A DNA stretch of 64,000 nucleotides from NCBI GenBank assembly GCA_945883775.1, contig CAMCYG010000002.1, positions 3,512-67,511 on the forward strand, in the 5' to 3' direction. Both the position numbers and the translations under genes were made by a program. Below, piece by piece: positions 29,270 through 38,740 of this stretch (its first letter is position 1; each line of letters opens with the position of its first letter). Below the pieces are notes generated by a model, which was not told the origin of the DNA, searched no databases, and saw only the letters and a program-made list of their open reading frames with translations. The stretch is from Victivallis vadensis. GTDB lineage: Bacteria > Verrucomicrobiota > Kiritimatiellia > UBA8416 > CAMCYG01.

Positions 29270-29398
29270 CGTCTTCAGGAACGGGTGAGCAGAAATTGCA
29301 AATCCCGACCGGCGGTAAAGCCCGCGACTCCCTGAGTAACCAGGGACTGATTCCGGTGGAATTCCGGGGCCGACAGTAAAGTCTGGATGGAAGAAGGC
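29270..29398 (+). ncRNA. FMN riboswitch aptamer (RFN element)
   Basis: Conserved RFN blocks are present: AAATCCCGACCGGCGGTAAAGCCCGCGAC, GGTGGAATTCCGG, GCCGACAGTAAAGTCTGGATGGAAGAAGG. The P1 strands are TCTTC and GAAGA. It sits directly upstream of ribBA. Confidence 0.9.
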
Positions 29399-29418
29399 AT
29401 TGTCTGGCTTGTACTTAT

Positions 29419-29452
29419 AAGCCCGGGAACCTTTTTCCCGGGCTTTTTCTTT
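29419..29452 (+). terminator. riboswitch expression-platform terminator (attenuator)
   Basis: A GCCCGGGA/TCCCGGGC hairpin is followed by TTTTTCTTT, 22 nt before the ribBA start. Confidence 0.75.
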
Positions 29453-29474
29453 GAACAAAATCAGGAGCTGGAGT

Positions 29475-30668
29475 ATGTTTGATAAAATTGAAGATGTCAT
29501 TTCTGCCTATAAAAAAGGCCAGATTATCGTTGTCACCGATGACGAAAATCGTGAGAACGAAGGCGATCTGATAATTGCCGCAGAGAAAGCCACTCCCAAG
29601 GCGCTCAATTTCATGATCACACACGGCAAGGGACTTGTTTGCGTAGCAATGACTTCTGAACAGCTCCAGAAACTAAACATATCAAGAATGAAGCCGAAGA
29701 ATGACGGAGATCCCTTCAAGACTGCTTTCATGGAATCTGTCGACGCGGCACACGGCATCTCCACAGGTATAAGCGCTTATGACAGAGCGAAGACCGTTCA
29801 TGCTCTCATCAACCCCAAAGGCAAGGCCAGTGACGTTGTCGCACCAGGACATCTTTTTCCGCTTGAGGCGGTACAGGGTGGGGTATTGAAGAGGGCTGGT
29901 CACACAGAGGCAGCAGTGGATCTTGCCAAGCTCGCTAAACTCAGCCCGGCAGGAGTAATTTGCGAGATAATTAAGCCTGACGGTATGATGGCCAGGCTCA
30001 CTGAACTTCGGAAATTTGCCACCAGACATGGACTAAAAATGGCAAGCATTGCAGACCTTATAGCATTTAGACGAAAGACAGAAAAACATATTAGGCTTGT
30101 CGAAAGTGCAGACCTGCCCACCAGCCACGGAATGTTCAAATTGCACCTTTATACTTCTGATCTCGATAACAAAGAACATATCGCGCTAGTGAAAGGGTCT
30201 ATTAAACAAACTGACCCTATATTGGTACGGGTGCATAGCGAGTGCTTTACTGGTGACGTATTAGGTTCCTTACGCTGCGATTGCGGGTGCCAACTTACTC
30301 AGGCCTTAAAGATGATTGCTTCCCAGAAGAGCGGGATATTGCTGTATATGAGACAAGAGGGCAGGGGGATTGGCCTCACAAACAAGATACATGCATATGC
30401 GCTGCAGGATAAGGGAATGGATACGGTTGAAGCCAATGTGAAGCTTGGATTTGCGCCAGATTTGAGGGAGTATGGTGTCGGAGCCCAGATACTCTACGAT
30501 TTGGGCGTCAGAAAGATCAGGCTAATGACTAATAATCCAAGAAAGATCGTCGGACTTGAAGGATACGGTATGAAAATAGTGCGCAGACTGCCAATAGTAT
30601 GCACGCCCACTAAGCATAATCAGCATTACTTAGAAACAAAGAAACAAAAAATGGGGCATTTGCTGTAA
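29475..30668 (+). CDS. ribBA: bifunctional 3,4-dihydroxy-2-butanone-4-phosphate synthase / GTP cyclohydrolase II
   Basis: RibB motifs ([21 protein letters not shown]) and RibA motifs ([18 protein letters not shown]) are present. An AGGAG Shine-Dalgarno lies 7 nt before the ATG at 29475; the track ORF starts at an upstream TTG. Confidence 0.9.
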   Translation: MFDKIEDVISAYKKGQIIVVTDDENRENEGDLIIAAEKATPKALNFMITHGKGLVCVAMTSEQLQKLNISRMKPKNDGDPFKTAFMESVDAAHGISTGISAYDRAKTVHALINPKGKASDVVAPGHLFPLEAVQGGVLKRAGHTEAAVDLAKLAKLSPAGVICEIIKPDGMMARLTELRKFATRHGLKMASIADLIAFRRKTEKHIRLVESADLPTSHGMFKLHLYTSDLDNKEHIALVKGSIKQTDPILVRVHSECFTGDVLGSLRCDCGCQLTQALKMIASQKSGILLYMRQEGRGIGLTNKIHAYALQDKGMDTVEANVKLGFAPDLREYGVGAQILYDLGVRKIRLMTNNPRKIVGLEGYGMKIVRRLPIVCTPTKHNQHYLETKKQKMGHLL

Positions 30669-30738
30669 TGCTAAGGCAGTATAAAGTTGCAGGTCAAAGT
30701 TGTTCGGATTTGATTATAATTAAGAAAAGGAGGAAAAG

Positions 30739-31209
30739 ATGAATGTTAAAGAAATCGCGGGAAACCTGAACGCAGAAGGAATGAAGATGTGCATAGTCGT
30801 CAGCCGATTCAATGATTTTCTGACAAAGGAATTGCTGTCAGGCGCAATCGACTGCATCATCAGGCACGGTGGCAATGAAAAAAACATCACAGTTATATGG
30901 GTCCCTGGCGCTAATGAACTGCCTATGGCTGCGCTCAAGGCGGCACAGTCAAAGACATTCAATGCTATTATCGGGATAGGCGCAGTAGTACAGGGCGCAA
31001 CCCCGCATGCCGACCTCATCAATGCCCAGGTGTCAAGATCGCTTGCTAAAATATCGATGGACAGCAACATACCTGTTGTAAACGGCGTTGTAACGGCCAA
31101 TACCATTGAGCAGGCAATTGAGCGGTCCGGCACTAAGGCCGGTAACAAGGGGTGGAATGCTGCAATGTCAGCCATAGAGATGTCTGACCTCTACAGGCAA
31201 CTGAAATAA
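30739..31209 (+). CDS. ribH: 6,7-dimethyl-8-ribityllumazine synthase
   Basis: The conserved lumazine synthase core (CIVVSRFNDFLT...GANELP...GAVVQGAT) is present, with a strong AAAGGAGG Shine-Dalgarno. Confidence 0.9.
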   Translation: MNVKEIAGNLNAEGMKMCIVVSRFNDFLTKELLSGAIDCIIRHGGNEKNITVIWVPGANELPMAALKAAQSKTFNAIIGIGAVVQGATPHADLINAQVSRSLAKISMDSNIPVVNGVVTANTIEQAIERSGTKAGNKGWNAAMSAIEMSDLYRQLK

Positions 31210-31221
31210 AGGGCTTAGCAC

Positions 31222-31668
31222 ATGGGAACTAGACGAGAATCGAGAGAATGGGTCGTACAAATACTCTTCAACATTGACGTCAATCCAGGCGAACTGGATG
31301 TGATATTCAAACACTTCTGGGCTGAGCGGCAGGCAGAGCCATCTTCGAGGCAGTTCACAGAATCAACAGTTCGGGGAGTCGTTGAGAAAAAGTCTGAAAT
31401 TGATGAGATAATAAAAAAGTATGCGAAGCACTGGGACATCAAGAGAATGGGCATCATCGAGCGAAATACGATGAGAATGGCCATCTACGAAATGAGTTAC
31501 GTCAAGGAAGTGCCTCCCGTGGTTTCGATCAATGAAGCCATAGATATCGCAAAGTACTTTAGCAATACCGAAGCTGGAAGATTCGTAAATGGGATCCTTG
31601 ACCGTTTCAGGAAAGATCTGACCCGACCGGCGCGTAAGGCAGATCCGGCAAAGACTGCAGGTCAATAA
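31222..31668 (+). CDS. nusB: transcription antitermination factor NusB
   Basis: The NusB helical fold blocks (RESREWVVQILF, ERNTMRMAIYEM, AIDIAKYF) are present. Confidence 0.85.
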   Translation: MGTRRESREWVVQILFNIDVNPGELDVIFKHFWAERQAEPSSRQFTESTVRGVVEKKSEIDEIIKKYAKHWDIKRMGIIERNTMRMAIYEMSYVKEVPPVVSINEAIDIAKYFSNTEAGRFVNGILDRFRKDLTRPARKADPAKTAGQ

Positions 31669-31747
31669 GATACTAGATCATAGTGCCGGAACACAAAACA
31701 CTAGTATTTTGTGTTATTTGAGTTTGACAAACAATCCGAACTGGCTA

Positions 31748-32869
31748 ATGAAAAAAAGACTGAAATCGTCTTCTGATCTAAAATTCATGATGATGGCGTT
31801 GCGACTTGCCAGGAAAGGGGAGGGCTGCACACGTCCTAATCCTCCGGTAGGCGCCGTCATCACAAAGCACGGCAGAATCGCGGGCTCAGGTTATCATAAA
31901 TGCGCCGGCGGACCTCACGCAGAAATTCATGCACTCCAGCGGGCCGGCAGTGCAGCCAGAGGAGGAACATTATACGTTACGCTGGAGCCATGCAGTACGT
32001 GGGGCAAGACCGGTCCGTGTACCGATGCTATAATCGACAGCGGGATAAAGATGGTTCACGTAGCAACGCTGGATCCGAACCCCAGACATGCCGGCAAAGG
32101 CATCAAGATGTTAAGAGCAGCCGGAATCATCGTTAATATAGGACTCTGCGAGGACAAGGCGCTTGAGCTAATCAACGCTTTTGGAAAGTGGATCATAAAT
32201 AAAACGCCGCATCTCACACTCAAACTGGCAACATCAATCGATGGGAAAATTGCCGATTTGCATGGGCAGTCAAAATGGATCACCGGCCCGTCATCAAGAG
32301 GCATCGTCAACCGGCTCAGAATAAAAGCAGATGCTGTTATGGTCGGTATCGAAACAATCCTCAAGGATAATCCAACTCTTTTGCCAAAAGGGCGGCACAG
32401 CTCCAGCCCGTTCAGAATAATTGTAGACTCATCAGGTAGAATTCCGACGGGGGTAAAAGTGCTTTCCGATGGCAGACAGAAACGGACGTTTGTAGCGACG
32501 ACCAGACAGTGCAGCCGAAATAATTTGGATCGGATACAGCGAACAGGTGCAAAAGTCATCATCGTCCCTGGCGACAGCAGAAGAGTGTCATTGCCCAGAC
32601 TGATGCGTATTCTAGGTAAGCTTGGTGTTCTCCATGTGATTTGTGAAGGCGGCGGAGAAATAGCAGCCTCACTGATAAACAGCAAACTCGTGGATGATTT
32701 TTATTTCTTTATGGCGCCGATCATCATCGGAGGAGTCTGCTCACGGTCAGCGGTAGCGGGCAGGGGGTGGACATTGCATAATGCACCTAGACTTGTTTTT
32801 GACACACTGAGAAAGACAGGCAATGACATACTTATCCATGCGAAACCATATAATAAGGAGGCTAAGTGA
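31748..32869 (+). CDS. ribD: bifunctional riboflavin biosynthesis deaminase/reductase (diaminohydroxyphosphoribosylaminopyrimidine deaminase / 5-amino-6-(5-phosphoribosylamino)uracil reductase)
   Basis: A CMP/dCMP deaminase zinc motif (HAEIHAL...PCSTWGKTGPC) and a RibD C-terminal reductase domain are present. The start was chosen at MKKRLK; the tracked ORF begins 39 nt earlier. Confidence 0.85.
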   Translation: MKKRLKSSSDLKFMMMALRLARKGEGCTRPNPPVGAVITKHGRIAGSGYHKCAGGPHAEIHALQRAGSAARGGTLYVTLEPCSTWGKTGPCTDAIIDSGIKMVHVATLDPNPRHAGKGIKMLRAAGIIVNIGLCEDKALELINAFGKWIINKTPHLTLKLATSIDGKIADLHGQSKWITGPSSRGIVNRLRIKADAVMVGIETILKDNPTLLPKGRHSSSPFRIIVDSSGRIPTGVKVLSDGRQKRTFVATTRQCSRNNLDRIQRTGAKVIIVPGDSRRVSLPRLMRILGKLGVLHVICEGGGEIAASLINSKLVDDFYFFMAPIIIGGVCSRSAVAGRGWTLHNAPRLVFDTLRKTGNDILIHAKPYNKEAK

Positions 32870-33495
32870 TGTTTACCGGTCTTATAGAAAAAACTGGCAG
32901 ATTAGCAAGACTAGTGCCTCGCGGTAACGGGTATACTCTCGAAATCGAGCACGAACCGTGGCAGGATTCTCTATCCAGAGGGGAAAGCATTAGTGTTAAC
33001 GGTGTATGTCTCACACTAACAGAGTCCAGCGGCAGTCTGAGTCAATTCGATGTGCTTGCGGAAACCATTGCAAAGACCTCGCTAAACAGAAAACGTTCCG
33101 GCTCTATCATGAACCTTGAGCGGGCACTGCGAGCCAGCGACAGAATGGGCGGGCATATAGTGACAGGTCATATTGACGGCATCGGAACGCTAAAGGATAT
33201 ACAAAAGACAGGCTCTGACCATATCATCACCATAAGCTGTGATGAGCAGATAATGGACGGGATCGTGAAGAAAGGGTCAATCGCATTAGACGGTATTAGC
33301 CTGACCATTACGGAAGCAACATCCAGCACTTTCAGCGTCCACATCATCCCGACTACATGGGAGTCAACAAGCTTTTCGAAATCACAGACAGGCGACCAGG
33401 TCAACGTTGAGACAGATCTTATCGGCAAATATGTAAAAAAGTACTGTGTTAAGCCTCGAGAAGAGGCCACACGATTCAATCCCGCACTGTTGTAA
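32866..33495 (+). CDS. ribE: riboflavin synthase alpha subunit
   Basis: MFTGLIEKTGRL and the duplicated lumazine-binding repeats (GESISVNGVCLT and GSIALDGISLT) are present. Confidence 0.9.
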   Translation: MMFTGLIEKTGRLARLVPRGNGYTLEIEHEPWQDSLSRGESISVNGVCLTLTESSGSLSQFDVLAETIAKTSLNRKRSGSIMNLERALRASDRMGGHIVTGHIDGIGTLKDIQKTGSDHIITISCDEQIMDGIVKKGSIALDGISLTITEATSSTFSVHIIPTTWESTSFSKSQTGDQVNVETDLIGKYVKKYCVKPREEATRFNPALL

Positions 33496-33570
33496 TGTGT
33501 CATTCAGCGGCCTGAAATCAGCCGTATGATTGTCAGGTAAATTTCAATCTTTATCCTCTTTCGATAATAA

Positions 33571-33598
33571 ATTGACACCAGCACATGTGTGGTATAGT
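33571..33598 (+). promoter_or_regulatory. putative sigma70-type promoter for the zinc-ribbon gene and rnpB
   Basis: TTGACA, a 16-nt spacer and TATAGT lie about 60 nt upstream of the ATG at 33656. Confidence 0.35.
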
Positions 33599-33655
33599 TT
33601 ATTCGGGTTTTCTGGTCTCATCTTTTATCAAGAAAGAAGGTATGACACTTTGAGC

Positions 33656-34354
33656 ATGGTAGACAATGTATTAGCACTTCAGGAAATCGACCTCAGAATT
33701 CGCCAATTGCAGCAAGAGATTACCGACATACCTGCACGCAAGAAGCGCGAGGAAGATAGGTTGGCGACACATAAGCAAGCGGTTGAACTCGCCGACAAGA
33801 ACCTCAAACTCAAGATGGCAGAGATAAAGAAACAGGAACTTGACGTCGACGCCTGCAACCAGAACATAGCAAAATTGCGCACTCAGCAAATGTCATTGAA
33901 GACAAACAAGGAATTTAAAGCCATTGAGGATGAAGTAACTGCTATACGAAGGAAAATTTCCGGGCTTGAGGAGCAGGAGCTGGTCATCATGGAAGACGTC
34001 GAAAACAAGAGGAAATCTTTACAGACGGCACAGGCTGAATTACAAAAAGAAGCTGATCTTGTGAAGAATGACATGCAGGTCTACGAAGACCGCCTGACCG
34101 CTGTACAGAAGCAGATTGCTGATGAAGTAGCAATTCGTGAGCTAGCCGCGAAGTCCGTTGAAGCAGGATGGCTTAGTGTATACAACCGGATATTTAAAGC
34201 AAAAGATAAGGCCTTGGTGCCAGTCGAGCCTATGGAAGAAGGCAGATCGGGCTGCGGCGGATGTCATTTTCAGTTATCACCGGCTACTGTACACGATGCC
34301 AAAAGACATATTAATATGGTATCTTGCGATTATTGTGGAAGATTGCTATATTAA
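33656..34354 (+). CDS. zinc-ribbon/coiled-coil protein (COG1579-like, C4 zinc ribbon at the C-terminus)
   Basis: A long coiled-coil segment is followed by CGGCHFQL...VSCDYCGRLLY. The start was chosen at the internal ATG 33656. The N-terminal 42 codons of the tracked ORF are low-complexity and overlap the promoter region. Confidence 0.65.
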   Translation: MVDNVLALQEIDLRIRQLQQEITDIPARKKREEDRLATHKQAVELADKNLKLKMAEIKKQELDVDACNQNIAKLRTQQMSLKTNKEFKAIEDEVTAIRRKISGLEEQELVIMEDVENKRKSLQTAQAELQKEADLVKNDMQVYEDRLTAVQKQIADEVAIRELAAKSVEAGWLSVYNRIFKAKDKALVPVEPMEEGRSGCGGCHFQLSPATVHDAKRHINMVSCDYCGRLLY

Positions 34355-34355
34355 C

Positions 34356-34746
34356 AGTGTGATATTTATCGGTGGAGGGATTGGTCGCTCCGGCTTGCCG
34401 GAGAGGAAAGTCCGGACTCCACAGGGCAGGATGTCCCCGGTTGACCGGGGAGGCTTTCTGGCAATCGGAAAGTACGGATAGTGCCACAGAAAACAGACCG
34501 CCCCGAGAGCAATCGAAGGGTAAGGGTGAAAAGGTGGTGTAAGAGACCACCGGGTCATCAGTGATGATGGTCGCAAGGCAAACCCCTCCGGAGCAAGATC
34601 GAATAGGAAACTTGAGGTGGCCCGCCTCTGGCAGATACGTTAAATCGTGCTGTCGAAGTTTCGGGTAGATCGCAATAGATAAATGACCGACACAGTAAAA
34701 TGTGAACAGAATCCGGCTTATGGTCTCTGCTGATAAATATCACATC
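34356..34746 (+). ncRNA. rnpB: RNase P RNA (bacterial type A)
   Basis: Universally conserved blocks are present: GGAAAGTCCGGACTCCACAGGGCA (P4 5' strand), AGGGTGAAAAGGTGGTGTAAGAGACCACC (P10.1/P11), and ACAGAATCCGGCTTA (P4 3' strand). The 13-bp P1 helix is formed by TGTGATATTTATC (34358-34370) and GATAAATATCACA (34732-34744). The element starts 2 nt after the stop of the upstream gene. Confidence 0.9.
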
Positions 34747-34749
34747 CTT

Positions 34750-35646
34750 TTGAAATACGGCCCGGTATCCGCACTCGCTATAGCTCTGTCACTTACAGGT
34801 ATTATTTTATGGGAGTACGGCCTTATAGGCAGAACATGTCAGGATAATGGATTCTGGCCGGATACAGCCCAAGGAGCCAAGGCGATTACAGTCAAATCAC
34901 AGGACTGGGACAATGCTGTCAAACCTGCTTCACAAAATAGCCAATTGGCAAAACAAGACACTATTGCAGCGGCACCAGTAGTCACTAGATATAGACTTGC
35001 TGGCACATTCTTTGCTTTGGACGAGGCTGGTACAAATGAGATTAGGAAGGCCATCCTGGACGATTCCGCAGCCTCAAATCAACTTATCGTGACCGAAAGC
35101 CAGTCAATTGATGACATAGTCATAAGTAGGGTTTTTAAAGACCATATAATCATCCTGCGAGGACAACAAAAGGAGGAGCTCTGGCTAACGTTTAATCTGA
35201 ATCCTTCAACAGCCAAGAATCCTATTTTGTCCAGTCAATCTGCAGAAACTGCTAAAAACGGGACCAACGCACTATCAAGATTTGGGGAGAAAATGATAGG
35301 GGAGAACCGCTGGATTTTTGACAGAAAGCTCGTCCTGGACTATTACAATGAGTTACGCGACAACCCAGATAGACTTGTCGCAGTTTTTGACTCATTGAAG
35401 CCCATATATGGAGATGGGAACAAGATTACCGGGTACCGCGTGGGAATCGAAGGAGAAGCCGAATTCTTCAAGGCAGTAGGCTTTAAGGAAGGTGACGTTG
35501 TTAGATCAGTTAACTCACTGCCGATGACCAATAGACGCCGAGCAGAGTATTTCATAAGTGAATTTGTCAAGGACAGGGCCAATGCTTTTGTCATCGCTGT
35601 CGAACGAGACGGCCGTAAGGATAAGCTAATATATCAAGTTAGGTAG
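34750..35646 (+). CDS. hypothetical membrane-anchored protein with a C-terminal PDZ/GspC-like segment
   Basis: The reading frame is open from 34702, but the ATGs at 34702 and 34720 lie inside the rnpB 3' end. The first start candidate after rnpB is a TTG at 34750 (LKYGPVSALAIALSLTGIILW is then a TM helix). The C-terminal part (YRVGIEGEAEFFKAVGFKEGDVVRSVNSL) resembles PDZ-like domains of secretion-system GspC/PilP-type proteins. The start is uncertain. Confidence 0.55.
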   Translation: MKYGPVSALAIALSLTGIILWEYGLIGRTCQDNGFWPDTAQGAKAITVKSQDWDNAVKPASQNSQLAKQDTIAAAPVVTRYRLAGTFFALDEAGTNEIRKAILDDSAASNQLIVTESQSIDDIVISRVFKDHIIILRGQQKEELWLTFNLNPSTAKNPILSSQSAETAKNGTNALSRFGEKMIGENRWIFDRKLVLDYYNELRDNPDRLVAVFDSLKPIYGDGNKITGYRVGIEGEAEFFKAVGFKEGDVVRSVNSLPMTNRRRAEYFISEFVKDRANAFVIAVERDGRKDKLIYQVR

Positions 35647-35802
35647 CAGTAGTTATCATTGTGGCAAACACCCTGGAAATCCCGCCAAAACCCTAGATGT
35701 TGTGGCATCCACCATACAGGAGTAGACATAAGATATATTATGCGACGTTGTGGCAATATAGCCTTCTGCGTACGTATATCAATGATTTGAACAATTCTAA
35801 GG

Positions 35803-36906
35803 TTACTCCATCAATCCCCAGCGCTCGGTAAATGGCCAGTAGACTATTGCGCCGCTGCCTACCAGATTCTCACGCGGGACGGCTCCCCAGTATCTGCTAT
35901 CGCGACTGTTCCCCGTATTATCACCCAGGGCAAAATACTGCTCAGGCCCTAACTTAAAGCTATCTTCTGCAGTTCTGATATATGCCGAAGGATCGTTCCA
36001 TGCCGGCTGATAACCGCCGTATAAACCCTCACATGCAGCTATTCTTGCTATCGACTTGGGCTCGGTCACAGGTACACCGTCTATGAGCAATTTTGGCGAC
36101 TTTATTGACAGTGTTTCGTTTGGCATTCCCGCCATACGTTTAATGTAATAAATACCCGCAGGCAGGCCATTTATGCCAGTGGTCTGAAAAACCATCACAT
36201 CGCCACGTTTCGGCGCCCTGAAAAACCACTTAAACTTATTTACAAATACATGATCGCCGGCAGAGACGATTCCCGACCACAAGAGATCTCCTTTTGCCAG
36301 ATAATCGCCCCAGTTATTTGTTATGACCGCATCCTTGGGTACATAATACTTCCTGCCAGACACTTCATATATTTTGTCAGCCGGATGGTCCATGCCACCG
36401 TCTCTGCACACTGCTAAATGACCGGATTCCTTAATTCTAACCTCGCGGTACCAATTACCGGTTGCCAGCCATTTAAATACCTTTAACGGCAGAATATCCA
36501 GAATGCCAGGTTTGGCATAAGCAGCACTACTATGTATCCCATAAAGCGACGGCTGCATGGATCCTGTCGGAATCTTAAACGGCTGGAAGAAAAAAGCTCT
36601 GAATGCCATTGCCACAGCTATGGCAACGATTATAATCTCAAAATTCTCCTTGAATGAAGATCCCAGATCGGGAGCCAATTCCCCAGATAAAGTTCCCAGT
36701 TTATCTGCCAGATTGATTATGCTTTCAGGCGTCCCCTTTTTCACCGCAGACACCAAGGCCGCTTCGGCTGAGGTGAGCGAAAGCAGGTCAGATTCCGTCA
36801 GTATATCCTCGCGCATATTGCGGACATGCCTGGCGTGAAACAAAATATGCTTCGCATGGCTTCTCGCATTCCTTGTTTTCAAGTATGACCACATAAATAT
36901 ACGCAC
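35803..36906 (-). CDS. lepB: signal peptidase I
   Basis: The catalytic Ser motif PTGSMQPSL and the conserved box GDNTGNSRDSRYWG are present. A TM helix precedes the catalytic domain. It lies downstream of lepA, which is the conserved lepA-lepB arrangement. Confidence 0.85.
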   Translation of the reverse strand: MRIFMWSYLKTRNARSHAKHILFHARHVRNMREDILTESDLLSLTSAEAALVSAVKKGTPESIINLADKLGTLSGELAPDLGSSFKENFEIIIVAIAVAMAFRAFFFQPFKIPTGSMQPSLYGIHSSAAYAKPGILDILPLKVFKWLATGNWYREVRIKESGHLAVCRDGGMDHPADKIYEVSGRKYYVPKDAVITNNWGDYLAKGDLLWSGIVSAGDHVFVNKFKWFFRAPKRGDVMVFQTTGINGLPAGIYYIKRMAGMPNETLSIKSPKLLIDGVPVTEPKSIARIAACEGLYGGYQPAWNDPSAYIRTAEDSFKLGPEQYFALGDNTGNSRDSRYWGAVPRENLVGSGAIVYWPFTERWGLME

Positions 36907-36919
36907 CCTGCCCTTTCTT

Positions 36920-38740
36920 CTAATCAGATGAATCCGACTTAAGGACAGCTACGAATGCTTTTTGAGGAACATTTACGCTCCCGAACTGTTTCATCCGTTT
37001 TTTGCCTTCTTTCTGCTTCTCGAGAACCTTCTTCTTCCTTGTGATATCACCGCCATAAAGTTTAGCCGTGACATCCTTTCTAAATGACTTGATGGTTTCT
37101 CGCGCTATTATGGTCTTGTTGATGGCCGCCTGTACAGGAATTTGGAACATATGCGCGGGAATACAATCTTTGAGGATCTTGCATATCTGTCGGCCCTTGT
37201 AAACAGCCTTATCCTCATGAACAAGGACGGAAAATGCGTCGATAACTTCGCTATTCAGCAGAATATCCAGCTTAATGATATTGCTGCGTTTATAGCCCGA
37301 ATACTCATAGTCCATTGACGCATATCCACGACTCACGCTTTTGAGCATGTCATGAAAATCAGTAAGGATCTCATTCAGCGGCATAGTGCTGGTAAGCATT
37401 ACCCGCTTGGTGTCAATCGAATCTGTCTTTGTCACCTCGCCCCGCCTGTCCATGATCATTTTCATTATGTCGCCAATATGCTCATTAAGGCATATTATGA
37501 AACTAGTTATCAGTGGCTCTTCTATATAGTCGATTCTACCCATGTCGGGCAGATTAACAGGATTGTCGATCTCCAAGGTCGTACCATCCTTTAAATATAC
37601 TTTATATATAACTGACGGATGGGTGCCTATTATATCAATATCGAATTCCCTGTGCAGACGTTCCTGCACGATCTCCATGTGCAGCAGCCCGAGGAATCCG
37701 CACCTAAACCCAAAACCCAAAGCCACTGACGACTCAGGGTGATGAGTGAAAGCACTGTCATTCAAGCACAGCTTCTCTATACTGTGCACGAACTTCTCAT
37801 ATTCGGCAGTGTTAACTGGATAAAGCCCGCTAAACACCATGGGCTTGACCTCCTTGAAACCATGCAGCGGTTTTTCGGCTCTGTTATTAACACATGTTAT
37901 GGTATCGCCAATAAGTATCTCTTTGGGCTCTTTTATGGTTGCAACCAGATAACCCACCTGTCCAGGATAAAGTGCGTCGACCGGCTTTTGCTTAGGACAA
38001 AATATCCCCACCTCTTTGAGTTCTGACTTGGTCCCCTTCTGCATCAGAATGATTTTGTCACCTGCCTTCAATATGCCATCCACCACCCTCACAAATGAAA
38101 CAGCTCCGCGATATTCGTCATATACCGAATCGAATACCAGTGCCCGAACAGGCGCATCCACCGCGCTTTCTTTGGGCGGCGGAATCCTCTTTATGACAGA
38201 CTCCAAAAGATCTTGTACGCCTAAACCAGATTTGGCACTGACAAGAATCCCGTTCTCCATGCTTATCGCCAGTATGTCTTCAATCTGCTTCTTCACTGCA
38301 TCTATGTCGACATTGGGAAGATCAACCTTATTGATGACAGGTATTATCTCAAGTCCGCGGTCGGCCGCGAGGTATACATTGGCCACGGTCTGTGCCTCGA
38401 CACCCTGCCCTGCATCAACGACAAGTACCGCGCCCTCACAGGCCGCCATACTCCTTGAGACCTCGTACGTGAAATCGACATGGCCCGGGGTGTCGATGAG
38501 ATTCAACTGATAGTTTTCACCATCTCTGGCGGTATAATACATGGTCACTGGATGGCATTTGATCGTTATTCCTCTTTCCCGCTCAAGATCCATTGCATCG
38601 AGGACTTGCGCCTTCATCTGTCGCTCTTCTATCGTGTTTGTCAACTGCAGGAATCTGTCTGCAAGGGTCGACTTACCATGGTCGACATGAGCGATGATGC
38701 AGAAATTACGTATATTCTTAATAGGGACACTGCTTATCAT
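36920..38740 (-). CDS. lepA: elongation factor 4 (translational GTPase LepA)
   Basis: GTPase motifs IIAHVDHGKSTL, DTPGH and NKVD are present. The 606-aa length and EF-G-like C-terminus fit LepA. Confidence 0.95.
   Translation of the reverse strand: MISSVPIKNIRNFCIIAHVDHGKSTLADRFLQLTNTIEERQMKAQVLDAMDLERERGITIKCHPVTMYYTARDGENYQLNLIDTPGHVDFTYEVSRSMAACEGAVLVVDAGQGVEAQTVANVYLAADRGLEIIPVINKVDLPNVDIDAVKKQIEDILAISMENGILVSAKSGLGVQDLLESVIKRIPPPKESAVDAPVRALVFDSVYDEYRGAVSFVRVVDGILKAGDKIILMQKGTKSELKEVGIFCPKQKPVDALYPGQVGYLVATIKEPKEILIGDTITCVNNRAEKPLHGFKEVKPMVFSGLYPVNTAEYEKFVHSIEKLCLNDSAFTHHPESSVALGFGFRCGFLGLLHMEIVQERLHREFDIDIIGTHPSVIYKVYLKDGTTLEIDNPVNLPDMGRIDYIEEPLITSFIICLNEHIGDIMKMIMDRRGEVTKTDSIDTKRVMLTSTMPLNEILTDFHDMLKSVSRGYASMDYEYSGYKRSNIIKLDILLNSEVIDAFSVLVHEDKAVYKGRQICKILKDCIPAHMFQIPVQAAINKTIIARETIKSFRKDVTAKLYGGDITRKKKVLEKQKEGKKRMKQFGSVNVPQKAFVAVLKSDSSD

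Noticed and set aside
29046-29288. 80-aa ORF upstream of ribBA
   Set aside because: It covers the rib promoter and the 5' part of the FMN riboswitch. There is no Shine-Dalgarno, and the sequence is better explained as a regulatory leader.
32056-32685. 209-aa minus-strand ORF inside ribD
   Set aside because: It is an antisense shadow of ribD, whose sense strand carries clear deaminase/reductase motifs.
34158-34743. ORFs 34158-34481(+), 34311-34550(-), 34346-34576(-) and 34558-34743(-)
   Set aside because: They lie across the RNase P RNA gene, and their translations are Gly/Pro/Arg-rich nonsense.
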